DNA of 64,000 bases, from NCBI GenBank assembly GCA_035655435.1, contig DASRUN010000023.1, forward strand, positions 29,437-93,436. Direction: 5' to 3'. Position numbers and translations under genes: made by a program. Under the pieces are notes generated by a model, which was not told the DNA's origin, did no database searches, and saw only the letters and a program-made list of their open reading frames with translations. The stretch comes from an archaeon (GTDB lineage Archaea > Iainarchaeota > Iainarchaeia > Iainarchaeales > Iainarchaeaceae). Positions 1 through 10,069 of the stretch are shown in pieces (positions within the stretch are counted from its first letter, which is position 1; every line of letters begins with the position of its first letter).

Positions 1-1
1 T

Positions 2-484
2 TTTGTTTCAAATACTGATCCAGCACAGATTTTTCAGGAAGTAAAGGCTTCTGAAATTTTTGTTATTTCTCCCCAATTTGTTCAGAAGGGCCCTGAGAAC
101 AGTTTCATGCTTTCCAGCATAACTCTTTTTTCCGCGGTTTTAACGGATAAGCAGAAGAGCATTATTGTAATTGGAAGAATTCTTAATGAAAAAGGAGATT
201 TGGTTGAATGCCAATCCAATTTAGGGGATGTGAGAGTGAACCAAACCCTTGATTTGGATCTTTGCAATCAGATGTTAAACGATCCTGCAAATGTTAGAAT
301 TTTTGTTTCATTTCCAGATCCTTTGCTGCAAAAATCAAAGGTTATTCTTGAACAAAAAAAATTAACCATAATTCCCGCAACTTTTGAAAGCGTTTCGCAC
401 ACCTCTTTTGTGGTTCTTGATTCACTTTACGATGATTCCGAAGCAATTATAGAACGCGTAAACCAAATAGTGGAAAACATCTGA
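2..484 (+). CDS. Hypothetical protein, 5'-truncated by the window edge
   Basis: The frame of ORF 107..484 is open back to position 2; no recognisable motif. Confidence 0.6.
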   Translation, partial: FVSNTDPAQIFQEVKASEIFVISPQFVQKGPENSFMLSSITLFSAVLTDKQKSIIVIGRILNEKGDLVECQSNLGDVRVNQTLDLDLCNQMLNDPANVRIFVSFPDPLLQKSKVILEQKKLTIIPATFESVSHTSFVVLDSLYDDSEAIIERVNQIVENI

Positions 485-577
485 TTGCACATTTGCAATA
501 ATAATTCTCCAAAAACAATTTCCCAACACCGGTTTTGGTAGTATTCTAATTGGTTTATAATTTTCTGCTGATCCAAT

Positions 578-1867
578 ATGTTGATGAACATTCGCCCGAG
601 AACAGTGCTTGCTTTTTTGGCATTGCTTGCGGTAATATATTTTTTTGTGAAAATTGTTTCCGTTTTCTGGCTCATAATAATTTTCAACATCGTGCTCCTG
701 TACATAAATAATGTTTTCATTTTCGCGTATTTAGAATTCAAGGGAAAGGAAAAGCCTGTTCCTGTAAAATGGCCGTTTGTGTCGATTGTAATTCCGAATT
801 ATAATGGCGCCAAAACAATTGCACAATGTGTTAATTCCTGCATTGAAATGGAGTATCGTGGAAAAAAAGAAATTATTGTTGTTGATGACGGTTCAACAGA
901 TTCTTCCAAAGATGAATTGCAAAAAATTAAGGGGATAAAAATTATTTTCAAAAAAAAGAATGCGGGGAAAGCCGCCGCTCTCAATGATGGAATTAAAATT
1001 GCAAAAGGAGAATATGTTGCCGCAATTGATTCGGATACTTTTCCCACAAAAATCGCTTTGGTGAAAATGATTCCGAAGTTCGGGGATAATGTTGCCGCGG
1101 TTACAGGCCTTGTGCGCGCGTACAAGCCAACCACTTTTATAGAAAAAATTCAAGAGGTTGAATATTTGATTTCCTTTGGTTTTTTTCAAACGGTTCTCGC
1201 TGAAATCAACGGAATTCTAGTAACTCCCGGTCCAATGAGTGTTTTCAAAAGAAGCGTGCTTTTGGAAATTGGCGGTTTTGATGAAAAAAACATTACCGAG
1301 GATATGGAGATTGCTTTGCGTTTGCAAAAGCACCGTTATAAAATTGCGGCGGCTCCCGAAGCCGTTATTTACACTGATGTTCCGAAAAAAATTTCGCATT
1401 TAATCAGGCAGCGCACGCGCTGGTATAGGGGAAAGTTCGTGAACACGCGCAAGTATTTTGAAATGGTGTTGAATCCAAAGTATGGTGAATTTGGAATGTT
1501 TAGTTTTCCTTTTTCTCTTGTGGCGGATGCGCTTGCTATTTTGTTGATTGTTGTTACTATTGCCGCAAATATTGAGGGAGTTTTTCAGTATCTTGGTTTT
1601 GTTGTTTCCTGGTTGGCTTTGAATGCGGGCATTTCAGGTTTGGTTCCCGCCGCGCCTGTATTGCATTCGAGCATCTACTTTTATGTTTTCACAATTATAA
1701 TGTACTCAATCCTCGTTTATTTGAGCCACAAGTTTGTGAATGATAATATTTCGATTTGGAAAATGCCTGAAATAATTTTTTATTTGTTTGTTTACGGATT
1801 TTTCATTTCATTTGTTTATTTCATCAGCTTTTTTAAAGAGATCAATTCAAGTGATTATATATGGTGA
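578..1867 (+). CDS. Glycosyltransferase family 2, membrane-bound processive type
   Basis: VSIVIPNYN, VVDDGSTD, IDSD, TEDME and QRTRW (QxxRW) motifs; N- and C-terminal TM segments. Confidence 0.9.
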   Translation: MLMNIRPRTVLAFLALLAVIYFFVKIVSVFWLIIIFNIVLLYINNVFIFAYLEFKGKEKPVPVKWPFVSIVIPNYNGAKTIAQCVNSCIEMEYRGKKEIIVVDDGSTDSSKDELQKIKGIKIIFKKKNAGKAAALNDGIKIAKGEYVAAIDSDTFPTKIALVKMIPKFGDNVAAVTGLVRAYKPTTFIEKIQEVEYLISFGFFQTVLAEINGILVTPGPMSVFKRSVLLEIGGFDEKNITEDMEIALRLQKHRYKIAAAPEAVIYTDVPKKISHLIRQRTRWYRGKFVNTRKYFEMVLNPKYGEFGMFSFPFSLVADALAILLIVVTIAANIEGVFQYLGFVVSWLALNAGISGLVPAAPVLHSSIYFYVFTIIMYSILVYLSHKFVNDNISIWKMPEIIFYLFVYGFFISFVYFISFFKEINSSDYIW

Positions 1868-2502
1868 ACAGGTATTTGAAAGCGTTTTTTTTGACGCTCG
1901 CAATTTTGATTGTGGGGCTTGTCGCAATAAGTTTTATTGACAACTCGCGCATAAGTAGCATTTCAGATTCTGTTGAAAGCAGTTCTCTTGAATTGCAGGC
2001 TTCGCAGCAATTGTTTTTGTATGAAGCCGTTTTCCCGGATGAAACTCTTTGCAGTGTTCTGAACAAGAGAATAGAGCTTCAAAAAAATCAATCCATTTCG
2101 GTTTTGAATGAAATTGAGTCAGCGCAAAACAATTCATTATTCGGAAACACCGGTTTATTGAAAAAGAAATTTTTGCTCCAGAATGTGGAATTGTATCTTC
2201 TCATAAAAAAGGCGGAAAATGATTGTGGGAGCAAAGAGATAATTCCTATTCTTTATTTTTTTCCGGACAAAGTTTATTGCGCTGATTGTGCTTCTCAGGC
2301 AAAGGTTTTGGATTCTGTTGCGGCAAAGTGTTCAAATGTAAGGGTTTTTGCTTTTCCAACAGACCTTGATGTTCCTGTAATAGATTTGCTTTCTGCAAAA
2401 TATTCTGTTAAAACTCATCCTAGTTTGGTTGTAAATGATAAGAAACTTGAGGGCGTTATTTCAGAACCCGGCCTTCTCAAAGAGTTCTCTTGTAGGCAAT
2501 AA
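1861..2502 (+). CDS. Membrane-anchored thioredoxin-fold protein
   Basis: N-terminal TM helix, CADC (CxxC) and a cis-Pro-like THPSLVV. Confidence 0.6.
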   Translation: MVNRYLKAFFLTLAILIVGLVAISFIDNSRISSISDSVESSSLELQASQQLFLYEAVFPDETLCSVLNKRIELQKNQSISVLNEIESAQNNSLFGNTGLLKKKFLLQNVELYLLIKKAENDCGSKEIIPILYFFPDKVYCADCASQAKVLDSVAAKCSNVRVFAFPTDLDVPVIDLLSAKYSVKTHPSLVVNDKKLEGVISEPGLLKEFSCRQ

Positions 2503-2585
2503 TTGCTCATAGTTAAGCCCTAAATTATGCTTATTTTGCCTCAAAAGCAGGTTTTTTGCTGTTTTATTGGGGTTTTTCTTGCTTT

Positions 2586-3836
2586 TCAGGGTGTTTTCAT
2601 TAGTTCTCGCAGGATTGTGGTTGCATAGTTGCCCTTGTCCAGTGTAAATGAGAGGCTTATTTTGAGTTTGCCTTCGTTTGTCTCATCTTCCATGATTTTG
2701 AGTATTTTGGGGTTTTCGGGTTTCAAGCTGATTTTTTTCCTTGTTCCTGTACAGCTTAATTCCGGGAATCCTTTTACTTTGAAATCGCTTAATTTCAGGT
2801 TTTCGTTTTTCAATATTTTTTTTTCAATTTCTCCCGGAATTCCAGTTGCAAGTTCCGAGTCAATGCCGAATAAAGCACCCATTGGAATTTCATCTTCGAG
2901 TACATCTCCCTCAACCGCTTTCAATCCTATTCCGCGTTCTATTCTTTCATTAATTATTTCATTGAACAAATAACTTTGGTATGCGTGTGTGAACATGTAA
3001 ACCAGATTTTTTGGAAGCATTTGAAACGCACCCACATAATCTCTTGGAAATTTGCACAAGTGTTGTAGAATAAGTCTTTCGTATCTAAATTTTGTGGGAA
3101 ATTCTTTTGTTGCTTTTACAAAATCTTTTGTTTCTGCCAGATTTTTTCGCGCAATTGCAATTGATTCCTCTTCTTCTTTTGCGGGGGATGTTAAGTACAT
3201 CATTATTGCGTTTTCAAAGTTTCCTTTTATGAATTCTTTTCCGACTCTATGAGTTACTTTTCTTATTCCCCCAAATCTTTGTTCTCCGAAATAATTCGCC
3301 ACTCCGTTTTCCATTTCCTTGAGGCTTTTCTCTGTTGTTTTTTTGAGTTCGCTTTCTTTCATTTCAATATTTCTTATTGTTATTTCAAATTCGTTTTTTG
3401 AAAGATTTCCAATAGTAAGTTTTTCCGTTCCCCAAGAGGGGTTTGAAAGTGAAATATATCTGCTGTAAAATTTTTCCACTAATTGAACATCCGGTTGCCA
3501 AATGGAAATTTTTTGTATTGTTATTGCGCGCTTATCTTTCATTCCCGCATAACCGATTCGTTTCTGTGAAAACCGCAATGCGCGCGCAATTCTTTTCACG
3601 GCCTCATTTGTGTCAAGATTAAATTTTTCCATTTCCAAATAAAGTTGGTCCATGGATTCCGGTTGTTGAGGGATTTTCAATTCAATTTCTTTTTTCCCTT
3701 CCCAATCTCCGAATGCCTTGTTTTCAAGTTTTTTTCCGTTGCGCGGAATTTCTCTAACAATAAAATCAGGAATTTTTCTTTTTATTTCGCCCCCAATTCC
3801 TTTGGTGGTTGTAGTATAGTTAATTATCCCGGTCAT
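2586..3836 (-). CDS. truD: tRNA pseudouridine(13) synthase TruD
   Basis: PDFIVRE, YAGMKDKRAITIQ, NYFGEQRFG, HAYQSYLFN, LDKGNYAT. Confidence 0.95.
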   Translation of the reverse strand: MTGIINYTTTTKGIGGEIKRKIPDFIVREIPRNGKKLENKAFGDWEGKKEIELKIPQQPESMDQLYLEMEKFNLDTNEAVKRIARALRFSQKRIGYAGMKDKRAITIQKISIWQPDVQLVEKFYSRYISLSNPSWGTEKLTIGNLSKNEFEITIRNIEMKESELKKTTEKSLKEMENGVANYFGEQRFGGIRKVTHRVGKEFIKGNFENAIMMYLTSPAKEEEESIAIARKNLAETKDFVKATKEFPTKFRYERLILQHLCKFPRDYVGAFQMLPKNLVYMFTHAYQSYLFNEIINERIERGIGLKAVEGDVLEDEIPMGALFGIDSELATGIPGEIEKKILKNENLKLSDFKVKGFPELSCTGTRKKISLKPENPKILKIMEDETNEGKLKISLSFTLDKGNYATTILRELMKTP

Positions 3837-3846
3837 TTCAAATCAA

Positions 3847-6372
3847 TCAGATTCTATATCTTAATATTGCGCCCACTCCGCCGAAGCCGGCGTAGAATTG
3901 TTCTCCTTCAGGTGTTTCATTGGAAATTACAATGAGTTTTGCGCTTGTTTGGCCAGCCTTTTCCGCCATGTAATCCAAAAAATCCACTTCTTCAAGAATT
4001 TCAAAAGACCCCTTATCTCTATAATCGCTTAACCTGAATTTTCCATCTTTATCAAGTACTATTTCTATTTCTTCCGTGTCAAGATTTTTCAATTTGTACA
4101 CTATCCACTCTATTGCCTCGCTTACCAATAGTTTATTTACTTGCCCAAGTTCAAGGCATTTCATTGTTTCCGCATAACCATATGCCGCGAGCCCGTCTTT
4201 TGCGAGTTCCCCAAGAAAACCGTTTACTAATACTTTTTCTTTCATGAGATCTGTGTCGCGCAAAAGTTCCTCAGATCTCTGGACTAATTCTCTTATTCCG
4301 GATTCATCAGTGTATGATGTGTCTATTGATCCTATTATTTTTTTCTTCAATCTATGATCTAACAAATCCGTGTTCAAAAAAAATTGTTTTGTCATTCCCG
4401 GGCCGCCGATTATTATTCCAACAAGTTTGTCTTCGTAACCAACAAATGCCATGTTCATTTTTTCGCTGATTCTTTTGTAAAAATTGTGTTCTTCCTCTTC
4501 GCGAAGTCTTTCAAAACGCTGAGCGGAATTATGTACAATTAATCCGTTTGCGATGAAGTTGTGTGTCTTCGTTTCGATGTCTATGGTTTTGTGCAATCCT
4601 ATTGGTTCTATTTTTGATATTTTGACAGGTATAAGATTGGAATTATAGAACATATCAAGTCTTTTTTTTAGTTCGGGATTAGTTATTTTATCAAGAATGT
4701 TTTTCTTGAACAGTTCCTTGCTTAGCTGTTTTTTATTAATAAAAAAGTCCGGGCATTTGAATTGTGTTGTGGTTACGCCTGAATTTCTCAGAATTTTTGC
4801 GATTTCTTTTCCATTTACTGCGATTTGTCTGACCTTATTTCTGTTGCTTCTTTTTGCCACAAGTTTGTTGAGCTTGCCTTGTTTTTCTTTTGACGCAAAA
4901 TTTGTCAATTCCCTAAATTTCTTTAATGATTCTATATCGCAGATTTCCAATGTGTATCTGGTTTTCTTTGAATACGGGTTTTTTCTGTTGTCATATTCAA
5001 GTAAGGAACCTATTATGCCTAATCTAAGTAATGCTATTTGGAATTGTTTTGCCAAGTTTTTGTTGTTTATTCCAAATGCTACTCTTGAACTGGAAACATA
5101 TCCTTCCGCGTCAAAAAAACCCGAAATAAATTGTGCAAGTATGTTATCGGGGGACATTAATACTATTGGCGGTATTACTCCTTGTAGCGTCTTTTGTTCT
5201 GTGCCGAATATGTGTGCAAACAGTTGAGCAACTATTCTGCTTCCCACTCTTGTTTGATAATATCCTTTTTCCGTCCTAAATCTAATTTTGGCGTCTGTTT
5301 TCAGGGTTTGTTCAATCAGTTTTTTGTAGAAATTTGCAATCTCTTCTCTTTCCTCGGAGAAACCTATTCTATCGGTCTCATAATTTCCATCCCCCAAATA
5401 ATAACCGAATATTCTTGCGAGTTCAGAGTTTAATTTGTGCGGAATGCTTATTTTTTTCATGTTCCATTCCTGTTTTATTTGAGGTGTGAAATCCAACAAT
5501 TGTTCTTTTAAGTCCAGATTGATTTTTTCCGGCATCAACAAGTAATTTCCGGTTTTTATTTCTTCAAGCGGTTTTGTTTCTATTCCATTTTCCGTTCTTA
5601 CAAAAAATATGTGATCTTTTGAGGATTTTATTTCAAATCTCGGATATTGCGTGGTTATTTTGAATAATTCTTTCTCATTCTCCCATTTGGCGATGATTGG
5701 GGTTTGTTCTGTTTTTTCAATGTTAAAGTTCTCTGAAATTATAAGCAACGGATTATGCGTTTTTTCTATTTGAACAATTTCCCCATTGTCTTTCATAATA
5801 AGCGTATCCGGAGAAAGGCATTGTCCCCCTGCTCTTTGTTTTCCGCTGTATCCTGAGTTAAAGTGTCCGATTATTTCGTATCTTTTTCCAATGAGTGTTG
5901 CGATTGTTGCTTCATTTTTGTCTATTGTCAGCATTGCATAAACTCTGCTTGGTTTAACCATGTCTTTGAGCGGTTCTAAGTGGAATGTTGAATCGCACCA
6001 ATAGAGTTTTGTTTTTAGTTCCTGTAAGGGGCGTATTGTAAAAAGTCTGATGTCTGTTCTTCCCTCTGTTTCGGAAATGTTTCCGGCAAAAACAACTATT
6101 CCGTTTTTTGGTATTTTGAAATCAATTTGTTTCAAAAAATTTATTATTTTTCTTAACGCGCCTTGTACATTTTTCCTTGTTGAGGGGCTTTTGATGTTCG
6201 AGCTTTGTGATATTTCTTCCGTTAATTGTCCCATAACAGAACTTCTATCCGTGCTTGGGGGAATGTATACAGTAATCATTTCTGTTCCTCTTCCCGAGTA
6301 TTGGGTCAGTTTTTTTATTTTCTTTTTGAAAACAACTTCATCGCTTTGCGAAGAATCAACATCATATTCCAT
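3847..6372 (-). CDS. prf1: Peptide chain release factor aRF1, intein-containing precursor (about 410 aa after splicing)
   Basis: NIKS motif, YWCDSTF, and GGQ|SAQRFERL interrupted by an intein. Confidence 0.95.
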   Translation of the reverse strand: MEYDVDSSQSDEVVFKKKIKKLTQYSGRGTEMITVYIPPSTDRSSVMGQLTEEISQSSNIKSPSTRKNVQGALRKIINFLKQIDFKIPKNGIVVFAGNISETEGRTDIRLFTIRPLQELKTKLYWCDSTFHLEPLKDMVKPSRVYAMLTIDKNEATIATLIGKRYEIIGHFNSGYSGKQRAGGQCLSPDTLIMKDNGEIVQIEKTHNPLLIISENFNIEKTEQTPIIAKWENEKELFKITTQYPRFEIKSSKDHIFFVRTENGIETKPLEEIKTGNYLLMPEKINLDLKEQLLDFTPQIKQEWNMKKISIPHKLNSELARIFGYYLGDGNYETDRIGFSEEREEIANFYKKLIEQTLKTDAKIRFRTEKGYYQTRVGSRIVAQLFAHIFGTEQKTLQGVIPPIVLMSPDNILAQFISGFFDAEGYVSSSRVAFGINNKNLAKQFQIALLRLGIIGSLLEYDNRKNPYSKKTRYTLEICDIESLKKFRELTNFASKEKQGKLNKLVAKRSNRNKVRQIAVNGKEIAKILRNSGVTTTQFKCPDFFINKKQLSKELFKKNILDKITNPELKKRLDMFYNSNLIPVKISKIEPIGLHKTIDIETKTHNFIANGLIVHNSAQRFERLREEEEHNFYKRISEKMNMAFVGYEDKLVGIIIGGPGMTKQFFLNTDLLDHRLKKKIIGSIDTSYTDESGIRELVQRSEELLRDTDLMKEKVLVNGFLGELAKDGLAAYGYAETMKCLELGQVNKLLVSEAIEWIVYKLKNLDTEEIEIVLDKDGKFRLSDYRDKGSFEILEEVDFLDYMAEKAGQTSAKLIVISNETPEGEQFYAGFGGVGAILRYRI
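4528..5820 (-). mobile_element. Intein (431 aa) with LAGLIDADG homing endonuclease in aRF1
   Basis: Begins CLSPDT right after GGQ and ends NFIANGLIVHN before Ser; LAGLIDADG blocks FGYYLGDGN and ISGFFDAEG. Confidence 0.95.
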
Positions 6373-6506
6373 GGTTATCCCTAAGTAATTTGAATTAGAA
6401 TCAGGTCAAGCATTAAGGCTTGAATTCATGATATAATTGCGCCTCCAATCCCTTATAATTGTTGCTTTTACAAACAATTAAATTGAATGATTTCGTTAAG
6501 CTTTGT

Positions 6507-7526
6507 ATGCCGGAAGGTCATAACCCGCGGAAGCCACCAAAAGAAGAAGCTCAAAGAGTGCCTCGAAAAGATGGTTCTGAAGACCAATATTTTGTAAATG
6601 CCGAGACAGTACGTCAAGGGATAGCGGCTCAAAATAGAAAGCATGAAAAAGAAAGAGTTCACATGCAGCAACAACACGCAGAAGAAATTTCGAAACTTAG
6701 AGCAGCACAACCGCAGTCAAGAAGAAAGTTTTTGTATAGATTGGGGGATGCGGGTCTCGGAGCTTTTATAGGATACGAGCTATCTCGTATTTTTGGAGTG
6801 GGAAAAAAGAAGGCGATAAAAGAAGCTGATAAAAGAACACGGGCTGAAAATGTTACTACGCATAATCAGGGCATTATAGATGCATTTCAGGCAAATCAGC
6901 CTGTGTTTGAGAAACTTGTGACCATGCCAGGGGAACATGGAGGAGTCATTTATTTTGATGGCCGCGAAGGAAAAATAAAAATTCGTTTTGCTGAAGAAAT
7001 GGGCATTAAATCGGATTTGAATCTTTTGCTTTCTCAGATTAATAGTGGGGATTTGAGACAAGTTGATCTAAATCTGTACTCGATGTTTGGGGGTGCTTTT
7101 GAAAAGCATGCTGTATCTAATGGACATGATGCAAAAAAAGTGCATGACTATATTGAGAAATTTAAATTGAGAATCTATATGGCGCAGAATGCGAAAGAAA
7201 AGCCGCTGCTTTCTGATGCAGAAAAAAAGGAATACTCTTCGGTTCTTCACTATATTGAATATCTGCGGGACGTTAGTTTTCCTATTTCAGGTTTAAATGA
7301 GGCCGCTGCAGAAATTAATCAACATACAGATGCAACTGCTATTGGAATTCTTCGTATACATCCTTACGGGACCGGGCAGACTAAAGCGGATGCAGAAACT
7401 ACAATTGAGGGTTTTCCGATTTTTGTTGTCTCAAAAGAGCCGAACAGTCAAAACATTCGACTCACTGGTATTTTTAGTTCTTCTACTCCGCAACATCCTT
7501 TTCCTTCAGTAACTCTTGAGAAGTAA
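6507..7526 (+). CDS. Orphan protein with a twin-arginine-like segment and a degenerate JAB/MPN-like domain
   Basis: SRRKFL followed by a hydrophobic stretch; EHGGVI ... RIHPYGTGQTKAD; ATG 6507 preferred over TTG 6459. Confidence 0.5.
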   Translation: MPEGHNPRKPPKEEAQRVPRKDGSEDQYFVNAETVRQGIAAQNRKHEKERVHMQQQHAEEISKLRAAQPQSRRKFLYRLGDAGLGAFIGYELSRIFGVGKKKAIKEADKRTRAENVTTHNQGIIDAFQANQPVFEKLVTMPGEHGGVIYFDGREGKIKIRFAEEMGIKSDLNLLLSQINSGDLRQVDLNLYSMFGGAFEKHAVSNGHDAKKVHDYIEKFKLRIYMAQNAKEKPLLSDAEKKEYSSVLHYIEYLRDVSFPISGLNEAAAEINQHTDATAIGILRIHPYGTGQTKADAETTIEGFPIFVVSKEPNSQNIRLTGIFSSSTPQHPFPSVTLEK

Positions 7527-7560
7527 AACCTTAAATAATTCAAATCCCATTGGAGTTATT

Positions 7561-8466
7561 ATGTTCGATATTTTCAACCAGGTTCAAGAACCCCCGCAGG
7601 ATGACGCGGTTTATTCGAATGAAAAGAAAATTCCTGTTGGAAATGTTTTTGTTATTTCCGTTGGCGGAAGCTTAATTGTAAACGAAACTCCAAACCCTGA
7701 AATGTTGCAAAAAATTGCCAATGCTGTTTCCTCGCTACATGATTCGGGTAAGAAGATTGTTCTTGTTGTAGGGGGAGGAAAAACAGCAAGGAATTATGTA
7801 GAAGCTTTTGGTTCTTTGAATAATTTTGAAAAAGATTTGTTAGGAATACAGATTACGCGCGCAAACGCTTTTCTTCTTGCTTCTTACATTCCCAACGCGC
7901 ATAAAGAAGTGCTTTCTGAAATCACTCATGCAAAATCAATTTTGGATTCCGGAAAAATTCCCGTGTTTGGAGGGTTAATGCCTTTTTTCACAACCGATGC
8001 CGTAGGCGCATTACTCGCAGAATATCTTGGGGGTTCTTTCATAAACCTCACTAATGTTGCCGGCATTTATAATGCAGATCCAAAAGAATTTGCCGAAGCA
8101 AAGAGGTTTGATGAAATAAGCTATTCAAGATTGGTTTCAATGATTTCTGATGTCGGTTCAATGCCGGGCCAGAATGTTGTTCTGGATCTTGCTTGTTGTA
8201 TGATTTTGCAAAGGAGTAGAATTCCTGCTGTTGTTCTTGATGGAAATGATACCGATAATTTTTCTAATTATATAAGGGGTTTTTCTTTTGTTGGAACTGT
8301 TATAAAAGAAAATGCACAGGAAGAAATCAGTAGCGAGGAAATCGAGGAACTAATGCCTAAAAAAAAGCCTCGCAAAAAGAAAAAATCAAACGCTTCTGAA
8401 AAAATCAAAGTTTATCGCGACGACGAACCATTCAGCGCTAGAGATATTAATAATTTGAAGCTTTAA
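7561..8466 (+). CDS. pyrH: UMP kinase (archaeal type) with charged terminal extensions
   Basis: VISVGGS, VVGGGKTARNY, TTDAVGALLAE, NVAGIYNADPK. Confidence 0.93.
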   Translation: MFDIFNQVQEPPQDDAVYSNEKKIPVGNVFVISVGGSLIVNETPNPEMLQKIANAVSSLHDSGKKIVLVVGGGKTARNYVEAFGSLNNFEKDLLGIQITRANAFLLASYIPNAHKEVLSEITHAKSILDSGKIPVFGGLMPFFTTDAVGALLAEYLGGSFINLTNVAGIYNADPKEFAEAKRFDEISYSRLVSMISDVGSMPGQNVVLDLACCMILQRSRIPAVVLDGNDTDNFSNYIRGFSFVGTVIKENAQEEISSEEIEELMPKKKPRKKKKSNASEKIKVYRDDEPFSARDINNLKL

Positions 8467-8468
8467 AT

Positions 8469-9032
8469 TTATTCTATTTTTTCTTTTAATATGTTAGCGA
8501 CATTCAAAACAAGATGTGTCTCATCAGGTGTAGTTGTTGTAAATCCCGTCTTGGTTTTTATCAAAACATTTCTTGTTTTTGTTATTACAAATTCATGAGG
8601 TGGAATATTGACAAATTCTGCCGGATCTTCACGAAACTTTCTTACACCTAAGTAGTTTGATTGTTTGGCATACTCTTTGAGGTGCTCTTCACTAGCAAAT
8701 GTAATGGGGTTTCTTATATCTGTGAAAATTTTTAATAATGCACTTTTTACTTGGGGTTCAACTTCAGCTCTTCTCTGCGTGTTGCCTTGCATTCCAAAAA
8801 TTTCCGTTCCCTTTAGGCTAGTTTTCACTAAATATGTTCTGGTTCTTCCTCCACGAAATTTTGCTCTAAGAAAAAATGTTGCACCGTTTTTGTGTGGAGG
8901 CCCCCTCTTAGTCCCAAACCATTCAAAATCGTTCACTATCACTCTTTTTGCAGGACGAGGTTTTGCCGAACTTCCTCCTTCATTTTTTTGGGAAAATAAG
9001 ACTAATCGTCTTCGTTCAATTCCAATTACCAT
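8469..9032 (-). CDS. Basic orphan hypothetical protein
   Basis: 187-aa ORF filling the gap between pyrH and dph2. Confidence 0.55.
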   Translation of the reverse strand: MVIGIERRRLVLFSQKNEGGSSAKPRPAKRVIVNDFEWFGTKRGPPHKNGATFFLRAKFRGGRTRTYLVKTSLKGTEIFGMQGNTQRRAEVEPQVKSALLKIFTDIRNPITFASEEHLKEYAKQSNYLGVRKFREDPAEFVNIPPHEFVITKTRNVLIKTKTGFTTTTPDETHLVLNVANILKEKIE

Positions 9033-9042
9033 TCAAATCACT

Positions 9043-10053
9043 CTAATGCATAAACTCATCGGGCTTCCAGTCTTCCCATTTCTTTTCGCCCAATGCTATT
9101 AGGCATTCTGTGGGATTTATAATTAACGTTTTCCAATTATCAGCATCATCCAATACAATCCTGTTGCAGGCAGTATTCACTAAGCAATCAAATCCCGTTC
9201 CCAGCATATACGATTCGTTCACAAGATCCATTTCAAGCAAATATGCTTTTTTTCCGTGTTTTTCAATTGCCTTTTTGATTTCAAGTGCTTTTTGGAATTG
9301 CCTTTGTCCTGATTTTACCGTAACAATTATCCCGAATTTTTTTGCTTCTGAAGCTCTTGCAATCGCCCCAAATCTTTTTCTCATAAAGCGATCGCGGTTC
9401 TTTTCCGATATTTCTTCCACAGTTCCGTGTAATGGGTTAACAACAATTACTGGTTTTTCCGTGGAAAAAACCAATCCTTGCGGATGAAAATAACCATCGC
9501 CAAAGTAAACATTTGCCTGTACACTTGGTTGAATTGTTTCAACAACAGTATAATTGCATCCAAGCACTTGTCCTTCGGAAGCAATTCTGCGCGACCCTTC
9601 CCCGGTATAAGAATTGATTTTGTGTTTTGATAATTCTTTTTTGATTTCCGGGAGAAAGTTTTTGTATTGTGTATTTGCTATGAGTGAAATCGAATTCACT
9701 TTTCTTTTTTCCAATTCTTGCACCAATTTTTGAATATTTTTTCGAAGTTCTGTTGCTGACATTTTGTATTCGCACGGAACATAAAAAATATTTTTGTGTT
9801 TATGAATAACCGCATGCCCAATATGGATTACTGCATCAGCGTTCAGTACTTTCATGTCATTTAATGGAAGGTCGCATGCTCCGTAGCATGGGTCCATTTT
9901 CATGAAAATGTTTTCCGTGCTCGCACTTAATTCATCCAGGATGAATTGTGTTTTGTCTTTGAGTCCTTCGGGGATTTGTACTATTACTGTTTTGGCGTTG
10001 GTTTCTTTTAAGAATTTTTTTGCCCCGGAGAGATCCACAATTAGTTCAGGCAT
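9043..10053 (-). CDS. dph2: Diphthamide biosynthesis enzyme Dph2
   Basis: QIPEGLK, PCYGACD, GQVLGCN, GDGYFHP, NTACNRI. Confidence 0.93.
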   Translation of the reverse strand: MPELIVDLSGAKKFLKETNAKTVIVQIPEGLKDKTQFILDELSASTENIFMKMDPCYGACDLPLNDMKVLNADAVIHIGHAVIHKHKNIFYVPCEYKMSATELRKNIQKLVQELEKRKVNSISLIANTQYKNFLPEIKKELSKHKINSYTGEGSRRIASEGQVLGCNYTVVETIQPSVQANVYFGDGYFHPQGLVFSTEKPVIVVNPLHGTVEEISEKNRDRFMRKRFGAIARASEAKKFGIIVTVKSGQRQFQKALEIKKAIEKHGKKAYLLEMDLVNESYMLGTGFDCLVNTACNRIVLDDADNWKTLIINPTECLIALGEKKWEDWKPDEFMH

Positions 10054-10069
10054 AATTAGAATTCAAATT

